Of a stretch of DNA of 64,000 nt, positions 57,427-64,000 are shown piece after piece (position 1 is the first letter of the stretch; each line of letters begins with the position of its first letter). A program made the translations under genes and the position numbers. This DNA comes from Candidatus Tyrphobacter sp. (GTDB lineage: Bacteria; Vulcanimicrobiota; Vulcanimicrobiia; Vulcanimicrobiales; Vulcanimicrobiaceae). Location: the NCBI GenBank assembly GCA_036567865.1, contig DATCTQ010000023.1:15995-79994 (forward strand), written 5' to 3'. A model generated the notes under the pieces. The model was given only the letters and a program-made list of their open reading frames with translations. It was not told the origin of the DNA and did no database searches.

Positions 57427-58037
57427 TGTTCTTAACGCTCGAAGGCATCGAAGGAAGCGGAAAGAGCACGCTCGTGCGTTCAATGCACGAGCGTTTGGCG
57501 CTGGCCGGCGGCGAACCGCTGCTCACGCGCGAACCCGGTGGAACGCCCGTCGGAATCGCGGTGCGCGACCTTCTGCTCCGCAGCCGCCTCGACGTTACGC
57601 CGCTGACGGAAGCGCTCCTGATGAACGCCTCACGCGCGCAGCTCGTTTCGGAGAAGATCAAGCCGACGCTGGACGCCGGACGCGACGTGCTCTGCGATCG
57701 TTTTGCCGATTCGACGCTCGCCTACCAGGGGTACGGACGCGGGCTCGATCTGCCGACACTGCGGCTGCTCTGCCTCGCGGCGACGGGCGGCCTCGAGCCC
57801 GACCTCACGTTGCTACTCGACCTTCCCGTCGATCGTCTGCCCGAGCGCCTGGCGGACAAAGCGGGGCTTGAGGACCGCTTCGAAGTCGAAGACGCCGCAT
57901 TCCACGAGCGCGTGAGGCGCGGCTATCTGGAGATGGCCAAAAGCGCGGGACGCTGGCACGTCCTCGATGCGACGCTTGCGCCCGAAGCGCTCCTCGACGC
58001 GGCCTGGGACGTCGTGCAGTCGCACCGCGCCTCCTGA
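57426..58037 (+). CDS. tmk: thymidylate kinase
   Basis: The GTG at 57426 shares 1 nt with the upstream stop. LEGIEGSGKST, TREPGGT, DRFADSTLAYQG. Confidence 0.9.
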   Translation: MFLTLEGIEGSGKSTLVRSMHERLALAGGEPLLTREPGGTPVGIAVRDLLLRSRLDVTPLTEALLMNASRAQLVSEKIKPTLDAGRDVLCDRFADSTLAYQGYGRGLDLPTLRLLCLAATGGLEPDLTLLLDLPVDRLPERLADKAGLEDRFEVEDAAFHERVRRGYLEMAKSAGRWHVLDATLAPEALLDAAWDVVQSHRAS

Positions 58038-58038
58038 C

Positions 58039-59067
58039 GTGGCGAACGAGACGAGCGCGCTCGAAGGAACGCTGCTCTTCGACGTCGTCGGGGCGGACGG
58101 ACCGCGCACCTACTTCGGGCGACTGGAGCGCGGGCGAATCGCGCACGCATACGTCTTCAGCGGCCCGGAAGGTGTCGGAAAGAAGACCTTTGCGCGCCGT
58201 CTCGCACAGTCACTGCTCTGCGCCGCGCCGAAAAGCCGCGTGCTCGGCTACGACGGCACGTGCCCCTCGTGCAGGCTCTTCGAACTCGAGGCCGCGCGGC
58301 ATCCGGACTTTCTCGAACACGAAGGGACGCTGAAGATCGGCGACCGCGACACCGCGGCGCGCTTCGGCGAACCTGAGGAGTTGACGGCGCGCGACCTGGT
58401 GCGGCAGCTCTCGATGGAATCCTACGTCGGCGGAATGCGCGTGTTGCTGTTGGGCGATCTCGATTTCGCGACGCACCACGCCGCGAATGCCTTGTTGAAG
58501 TTTTTCGAAGAGCCTCCCTCGGGCGTGGTGTTGTTGATCACGACGCCTTCGCCGGGGCGATTGCTGGCGACCATCCGCTCGCGGGCGATCGAGGTGCGGT
58601 TCCCGCTGCTCACGCGTGCCGAGGTCGCGGAAGTTCTCCGGCGCAAAGGTTACGACGAGCGCGCCGCCCAGACCGGCGCGCAACTCGGGCAGGGAAGCGT
58701 GACGCAGGCCATCGCGGCGCTGCAAGGCGAGGAACTCTCCGTGCGCGCGCAAGCGGCGCGTTGGTTTTTCGAGGTGGTCGCCGGCGGAACGCCCGTCAAC
58801 GGTTGGGCGACGCGCGAAACCCTGGACTCGGGGCTCGAAGCGCTCAAGGGTCTCGTGCGAGATTGGATCGCGGTGCACGCGGCGCAGAGCCCGCCGCTGT
58901 TCGCCGATTACGCCGAGCAGTTGCGTGCGCTGCGACCGCTCTCCGGCGATGCCCTGCGGAGAATCCTCAACCGCCTCGACGTCGCGCAGCGGCTTGCGCG
59001 AACCAACGTGAATCCCACGATGGTGAGTGAGATTGCGCGCATGGCGTTGACGGGCGCCGCAGCGTAG
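58039..59067 (+). CDS. holB: DNA polymerase III subunit delta'
   Basis: GTG at 58039. HAYVFSGPEGVGKKTFA, zinc-module remnant CPSCRLF, ANALLKFFEEPP, SRAIEVRF. Confidence 0.85.
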   Translation: MANETSALEGTLLFDVVGADGPRTYFGRLERGRIAHAYVFSGPEGVGKKTFARRLAQSLLCAAPKSRVLGYDGTCPSCRLFELEAARHPDFLEHEGTLKIGDRDTAARFGEPEELTARDLVRQLSMESYVGGMRVLLLGDLDFATHHAANALLKFFEEPPSGVVLLITTPSPGRLLATIRSRAIEVRFPLLTRAEVAEVLRRKGYDERAAQTGAQLGQGSVTQAIAALQGEELSVRAQAARWFFEVVAGGTPVNGWATRETLDSGLEALKGLVRDWIAVHAAQSPPLFADYAEQLRALRPLSGDALRRILNRLDVAQRLARTNVNPTMVSEIARMALTGAAA

Positions 59068-59068
59068 C

Positions 59069-59758
59069 CTACGGGCGAAATGCGACGCTCGCGTACTGCC
59101 TCGCAAACGGGAAAGCGAGATAGCCGAGCGCGATCGCGTGGAGGAGTGCGAGCACGAGTACTGCGACCGTGTGGTTGAGTAAGAACGCCGTGGTGAGGTA
59201 CGAGGCGATCACCAGCGGAGCGATCTCGAAGAGCGCGATAAAGGCGATCGCAAGGATCGCGGCGCCGAGAACGTCGGCCCGAACGGCGCGTAGCGATCCG
59301 GTGATCGCGAGCGATCCAGGCAGTCCGCCGATTGCCGCCGCCGGGATCGTGTAGATCAGGAAAAATGCGGCGACGAGCATTAGCAGGATCTCTGCGGTCA
59401 AGCCGAAGATCGAGCCGGCATACTGGGCAATGTAGATGATGAACCAGAAACCGATCGCTGCGACGATGATGCCGGCAGCCTTGCGGCGCGAGTTCTCCCA
59501 GGCGGAATCGAAGGTTCCGCGCAATCCGCGCTCGATTTCATCCGCCTGGACGATCGCAACCGCGAACGCGAAGGTGTAGAAGATGCTCGCGATCCAATCG
59601 AAGATGCTGCTGCCGATGCCGCCGAGCGGATTCGTCAGATAGGTGCCGATTTGCGAGAGCACGAGCGCGACGACCGCGCCGAGCAGCGGGGCGACCAGAA
59701 TGGAAGGGCGACCGACGAGCATGGGAACGGCGCGTAGATAGATCAGGAAATCGGGCAT
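59069..59758 (-). CDS. multi-pass membrane protein, hypothetical
   Basis: Internal ATG (MPDFLIYLRAV...). Six or more hydrophobic helices. Located downstream of mtnP on the same strand. Confidence 0.6.
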   Translation of the reverse strand: MPDFLIYLRAVPMLVGRPSILVAPLLGAVVALVLSQIGTYLTNPLGGIGSSIFDWIASIFYTFAFAVAIVQADEIERGLRGTFDSAWENSRRKAAGIIVAAIGFWFIIYIAQYAGSIFGLTAEILLMLVAAFFLIYTIPAAAIGGLPGSLAITGSLRAVRADVLGAAILAIAFIALFEIAPLVIASYLTTAFLLNHTVAVLVLALLHAIALGYLAFPFARQYASVAFRP

Positions 59759-59766
59759 CGAGCGCC

Positions 59767-60561
59767 TCACCGCGCGCCCTCGAGCGAATGGCGGCACGAG
59801 CAGTCGGCATCGAGCGGAATGCGCTCGACGATGCGACCGATCGCCGCTTTCGTCCGCTCGTTATTGCGTTTGAAGACCTCGATGACCTCGTGATGAGAGA
59901 CGGGCGGCATTCCTTCCAGCCCGACGTCGTAATCGGTGATCAACGAGATGTTGACGTAACAAATTCCCAGTTCGCGCGCCAAGTACGCCTCGGGGTACTG
60001 CGTCATGTTGATGACTTCCCAGCCCTGGCTTTGGAACCACTTCGATTCCGATCGGGTCGAGAATCGCGGGCCTTGGCAGACGACGATGGTGCCTCGCTCG
60101 TGGGTTTCGATTTCGAGCGAGCGCAGCGCATCGACGGCGATCGGGCGCAGCGTCGGGCAATATGGGTCGGCGAAGCTGACGTGCGTCGTGACCGGACCGT
60201 CGAAGTAGGTGTCCTTGCGGCCGCTCGTGCGATCGACGAGTTGGTCCGCAACCACCATCGATCCGGGCTTTACCGCGATCGCGAGGGATCCGCACGCCGT
60301 CGGCGCGACGATGTGCCTAACACCAAGCGTCTTCATCGCGTAAAGGTTTGCGCGGTAGTTGATCTCATGAGGAGGATAGCGGTGATCCTTGCCGTGGCGC
60401 GGCAGAAAGGCGACGTGCCGTCCGGCGATCTCGCCGAGTGCGATGCGATCGCTCGGCGGCCCGTACGGCGTCTCGACCCAGACCTCGCGCGCATTATCGA
60501 TGAGCGAATAGAATCCCGATCCTCCGAAAACGCCGATATCGGCGTGCTCTAGCGTCTCCAT
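59767..60561 (-). CDS. mtnP: S-methyl-5'-thioadenosine phosphorylase
   Basis: IGVFGGSGFY, FLPRHG, INYRANLYAMKTLGV, NMTQYPEAYLARELGICY. Confidence 0.9.
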   Translation of the reverse strand: METLEHADIGVFGGSGFYSLIDNAREVWVETPYGPPSDRIALGEIAGRHVAFLPRHGKDHRYPPHEINYRANLYAMKTLGVRHIVAPTACGSLAIAVKPGSMVVADQLVDRTSGRKDTYFDGPVTTHVSFADPYCPTLRPIAVDALRSLEIETHERGTIVVCQGPRFSTRSESKWFQSQGWEVINMTQYPEAYLARELGICYVNISLITDYDVGLEGMPPVSHHEVIEVFKRNNERTKAAIGRIVERIPLDADCSCRHSLEGAR

Positions 60562-60612
60562 ACCGGGTCAGCGCATTCGAGGTGGATTCCTTGGACCCTC
60601 GAAGCAGAGCGC

Positions 60613-62232
60613 ATGCGCCGAGCGCTTTGCGCGTTGCTCGCCGCCGCAGCCGTTGCCGGCTGCACGCGCAGCGTCTCGACGCCTTCCGGAGGGCGGCACA
60701 TATGGACGATCCCGCACGTCCTGCGCATCGCCGACATCTCCGACCCCGATCATCTCAACCCATACCTCTCGGAGATGGATCTGGTCTACGATCTCTCCTC
60801 GCTCATCTATTCTTATCTCGTGATCGCCGACGGCCGCGGGCGCCTGGTCGGCGATCTCGCGACGGAGGTGCCGAGCCTCGCGAACGGCGGCATCTCCGGC
60901 GACGGGCTGGAGTATACGTATCACCTTCGCCGCGGCGTGCTCTGGCACGACGGCCGGCCGTTCACCTCGCGGGACGTGGTCGCGTCGTGGCGTGCGGTCG
61001 TGAACCCGCACAACGACACGCTCTTTCGCGAGGGCTACGATCGCGTCGCATCCATCGACACGCCCGACGACTACACGATCGTCGTGCATCTTCGAGGGCG
61101 GTATCCGCCCTTCGTGACGCAGTTCTTCGCGCCGCTGCAAGAGGGTGGGAAGCCGATCCTGCCGGCGCACGTCATCGACCGAGATCGGGATTTCAACCGC
61201 AGTTCGCTCGACCAGAATCCGATCGGCACGGGCCCGTTCCGTTTCGTGAGCTGGCAGCGCGGCACGCAAATCACGCTCGTGCGCTTCAATCGATATTTCA
61301 AGGGACGGCCTCGGCTCGCTCGCATCGAGCTGCATATCATCCCCAACGACGAGACCATCGCGACGCAGGTGCGCGTACACCGCGTCGATCTCGTCGTTTC
61401 ACCGCCCGGCGCACTCTTGGGCGAATACCGCGCCTTCCCGGACACCTTGACGGCCCTGCGGCCTTGGAACGCGCAGGAAGTCCTGATCCTCAACGATCGC
61501 AAGCCCGGGCTCGCAGACGTCGTCGTGCGCCGCGCGATTGCATGGGCTGTGGATTACGACGCGCTCATTGCAAAGGTGTCGCACGGCGTCGGCGAGGTCG
61601 CATATAACACGCTGCCCCCGACGGCAATCGGCTACGAGCGACTCCCACCGCATGCTTACGATCCGGCGCGGGCGAACCGAACGCTGGACGCGGCGGGCTG
61701 GGAGCGCGGAAGCGACGGAATCCGTTCGCGCCGGGGCGTGCGTCTCGCGTATACGATCGCGGTGATTGCGGGTTCCACGAACCTGGCGGATATTGCGCTG
61801 CAATTGCAGCAGAATCTGCAAGCCATCGGCGTCGACGTCGCGCTCAAGGCGTATCCATACAACACGATCTTCGCGCCGACCGGTCCGATCTTTTCGGGAA
61901 CGTACGATCTCGCGATCTACTCGACGACCCTCGCGTGGGATCCCGACGTACACTTCTATGTCGGTTGCGACCAATGGTATCCGCGCGGTTCCAACGTGTA
62001 CGATTACTGCAACCATGCGTTGGATGCCCTGGAAGATACCGGCCTGCAGACCGACGACGTTCTGCTACGCGCGGCCGTCTATCGCGAAGCAAGTGAGATC
62101 ATGTGGGACACGATCTCGTATCTGCCGCTCTACGAACTACGCCGAGCGGTCGTCAGGTCGCCCGACCTGCGTAACTTCAGCACGAACCCGTCGGCTACGC
62201 CGTGGTGGAATTCTTGGCAGTGGGATATCTAA
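60613..62232 (+). CDS. ABC transporter substrate-binding lipoprotein, family 5 (peptide/nickel type)
   Basis: Lipobox AAVAGC. 539 aa. Family-5 patterns (YTYHLRRGVLWHDGRPFTSRDV, NPIGTGPFRFVSW). No cognate permease or ATPase genes are adjacent. Confidence 0.85.
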   Translation: MRRALCALLAAAAVAGCTRSVSTPSGGRHIWTIPHVLRIADISDPDHLNPYLSEMDLVYDLSSLIYSYLVIADGRGRLVGDLATEVPSLANGGISGDGLEYTYHLRRGVLWHDGRPFTSRDVVASWRAVVNPHNDTLFREGYDRVASIDTPDDYTIVVHLRGRYPPFVTQFFAPLQEGGKPILPAHVIDRDRDFNRSSLDQNPIGTGPFRFVSWQRGTQITLVRFNRYFKGRPRLARIELHIIPNDETIATQVRVHRVDLVVSPPGALLGEYRAFPDTLTALRPWNAQEVLILNDRKPGLADVVVRRAIAWAVDYDALIAKVSHGVGEVAYNTLPPTAIGYERLPPHAYDPARANRTLDAAGWERGSDGIRSRRGVRLAYTIAVIAGSTNLADIALQLQQNLQAIGVDVALKAYPYNTIFAPTGPIFSGTYDLAIYSTTLAWDPDVHFYVGCDQWYPRGSNVYDYCNHALDALEDTGLQTDDVLLRAAVYREASEIMWDTISYLPLYELRRAVVRSPDLRNFSTNPSATPWWNSWQWDI

Positions 62233-62255
62233 AACGGGGTACGCCGTGCCGTCGT

Positions 62256-63950
62256 CTACCGCGCGACGCGAGCTTCCTGCGCCGTCGCCGCGATGCGAAG
62301 CGCATCCGACGGCACATAGTACCACGCGGTTCCTCCCGGGACCAGCCGCCGCGCGACGACGCATCCATAGGTCTGCGCGGCGGCGATTTGTTCGGGAGTA
62401 TAGTCCGCGATCGCGTCGCCTGCGCCCCACCTTGGAGGGCCTGTAACCCAATTCGTCCCTGACGCGATGTCGTCGGCGCGTGGGCTGAGTTGAAAGGCAA
62501 AGATGAGCGCATAATCGCCCGGCTTCGTGGGCAGCCTAATCTTCAGGTAGGGATCGTACATCGTGCTACCGTTGCCAACCGATCGCGCGACCGTAAACCA
62601 GCCCATGGACCGCGGTCCCCACGATCGCACAGCGATGAGCGGCGCGTTCTCGACGCGCAACCCTCCGTTATCGGTCTCCAGGCGCAGGTGTCCGCGTAGC
62701 GTCGTGCCCGCCGGCGCCGCAAGGTCCTTGTGCTGCGGCGACACCGAGGCGAAATCGCCATCGCCCGAGAGCAGCCCCATCGTTCCATGCGTGTTATTGA
62801 TGATCCCAACCGGATCGCCGGCCGTACAGTCCTCGTGGCTGCGTACGCGCGGCATCGATGCAAGTTGAGGAATGACGATCGGCGGGTTATCACGGAAGTT
62901 ATATGCCACGACGCTTCCATCGCCGCCGCGTCCGCTCGGGTAGCAGCCGCCGGGATTTCCCCGCCCGCCGCGGACTTCGTAGGTGCCGGGGACCATGCCG
63001 CCGCTGCCGTACGCGAGGACGATCACACCGCCGCCCCCGCCCCCGGATGCCCATTTGGGTCCACATCCCGACCTGCGGCAAGCATCGGGCGCGCCGGCGA
63101 TAATGGTTCCCGCGACGAGCCGTCCGGCTTGGACATACACGCCGAAGGCACCAGGCGTTCCCGTATAGCGATAGTCCACTACGGGATCTCCGCCGCCGGC
63201 GGCGCCGGTGAGATGCTCCGCCATGCCCCCCATATACCAGCTCCATAAGCGTTCTTTGGAAAGCGCCGGCATCTGCGGCGAGGCGCCGTTCGTCACGGCG
63301 GTCGTGCCGCTCCCGCCGACAGCGAGCGTGCTGTATCCACGCTGGCCGCCAATCGCATTACATCCTGCGCCGCCGCCTCCGCCCGAGCCCCCGTATGATT
63401 GGCGATAGTCTTGGTACGACGCCAATCCCGTAACGATTTTTCCGCGATTTTCTAGCGTACCGGAACAGAGGACGCTGTGGCCGTTCGTGGTGACGATGGC
63501 ATCGCGCGCAATCGTCAGATTGCGGCAGAGGAGATCCGCCGTAAGCGTAAGGTGTCCGTACACCGTCGCTTGATTGCGCAGGTCCTCAAAGACTAAACTT
63601 TCCGCAGGCTGGCCGGCTGCACGATGAAGGGAGGCGAACATGGCCGAAATCAAAAATATGGCGGCGACAGCTCCACCCCCCAGGATCAGCAGCCGCAGCG
63701 GAATGCGCGGCTCATCGGGCGAGGCGAGCAGCTCTTCGGGGTCGACGTTGAGCGTTTGCGCGATCAGGCGCCATGTGCGCGGCGTGACGAGTTTACCGTT
63801 CTCCACGCTCCAAATCACACGCGCACTGACGCCACACCCTTGCCTGTCGGCGCGCGCGGTCGCATCCGAGAACTCGGCCTGCGATAACAGGCCAGCCCTC
63901 TCACGCAGACGCCGAATCTTTTCGGCATTCAGCAGAACCTTCCGGCTCAT
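62256..63950 (-). CDS. membrane-tethered XRE-family HTH protein with glycine-rich extracytoplasmic domain
   Basis: Start at the internal ATG 63950 (MSRKVLLNAEKIRRLRERAGLLSQAEF = HTH_XRE). TM helix LRLLILGGGAVAAIFLISAMFASL. A roughly 450-aa ectodomain follows, with GGSGGGGGAG and SGGGGGGVIVLAYGSGG tracts. Confidence 0.65.
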   Translation of the reverse strand: MSRKVLLNAEKIRRLRERAGLLSQAEFSDATARADRQGCGVSARVIWSVENGKLVTPRTWRLIAQTLNVDPEELLASPDEPRIPLRLLILGGGAVAAIFLISAMFASLHRAAGQPAESLVFEDLRNQATVYGHLTLTADLLCRNLTIARDAIVTTNGHSVLCSGTLENRGKIVTGLASYQDYRQSYGGSGGGGGAGCNAIGGQRGYSTLAVGGSGTTAVTNGASPQMPALSKERLWSWYMGGMAEHLTGAAGGGDPVVDYRYTGTPGAFGVYVQAGRLVAGTIIAGAPDACRRSGCGPKWASGGGGGGVIVLAYGSGGMVPGTYEVRGGRGNPGGCYPSGRGGDGSVVAYNFRDNPPIVIPQLASMPRVRSHEDCTAGDPVGIINNTHGTMGLLSGDGDFASVSPQHKDLAAPAGTTLRGHLRLETDNGGLRVENAPLIAVRSWGPRSMGWFTVARSVGNGSTMYDPYLKIRLPTKPGDYALIFAFQLSPRADDIASGTNWVTGPPRWGAGDAIADYTPEQIAAAQTYGCVVARRLVPGGTAWYYVPSDALRIAATAQEARVAR

Positions 63951-64000
63951 AGTGCTCCGCACCGAATACGCGCCGAGCCAGCAGGGAGCCTCTTTCAAAG

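Noticed and set aside
62900-63420. Glycine-rich coding tracts as DNA tandem repeats or a contingency locus
   Set aside because: The poly-Gly segments use mixed GGN codons, and the flanking sequence is not periodic at the DNA level. There is no homopolymer or microsatellite that could slip.

Overview
High-G+C bacterial chromosomal segment, densely packed with about 70 protein genes. I found no rRNA, tRNA, CRISPR array, transposase or integrase by eye. Most of it is housekeeping, and the gene order resembles Firmicutes/Chloroflexi-type (Terrabacteria) genomes. Examples are trmD-rplS-lepB-rbgA-rnhB-yraN, rplU-prp, a two-subunit glycine dehydrogenase (gcvPA/gcvPB), pdxS/pdxT, scpA/scpB, and an Orn/Lys/Arg decarboxylase followed by tmk-holB.

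Main blocks, left to right:
- comM, a sugar-porter MFS transporter and a ribose-type ABC transporter.
- A ribosome-biogenesis operon with three tandem signal peptidase I genes, running on into an APC permease and a universal stress protein.
- tatA, and a five-gene operon encoding a regulator and hydrolases.
- A DEAD-box helicase and a penicillin-acylase family protein.
- sufB plus a Rieske protein.
- A long speD-speE-SDR-thioesterase-gcvT-gcvH-gcvPA-gcvPB operon.
- vapBC, Nudix-scpAB-nfo-dinB, and a PD-(D/E)XK nuclease / UvrD-like helicase / GNAT operon.
- ubiX, then a small lower-GC islet carrying a decayed AAA+ ATPase gene.
- ispE, a GDE-type glucosidase, pdxST, DUF1844-HNH, mtnP, and a peptide ABC binding protein.
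- A membrane-tethered XRE regulator with a glycine-rich ectodomain.

I did not find a convincing complete novel multi-gene system. The most unusual signals are:
- speD and speE share one reading frame, separated by a single TAA, and the conserved SpeE N-terminus has no start codon.
- A roughly 200-nt hairpin-rich leader sits behind a near-consensus promoter upstream of speD.
- A terminator/attenuator-like structure lies directly in front of the decarboxylase gene.
- The nuclease-helicase-GNAT operon.
- The decayed ATPase islet.
- The XRE-TM-Gly-rich protein.

The many long Arg/Ala-rich antisense ORFs in the track are GC-driven artefacts. Coordinates I read by eye may be off by 1-2 nt.
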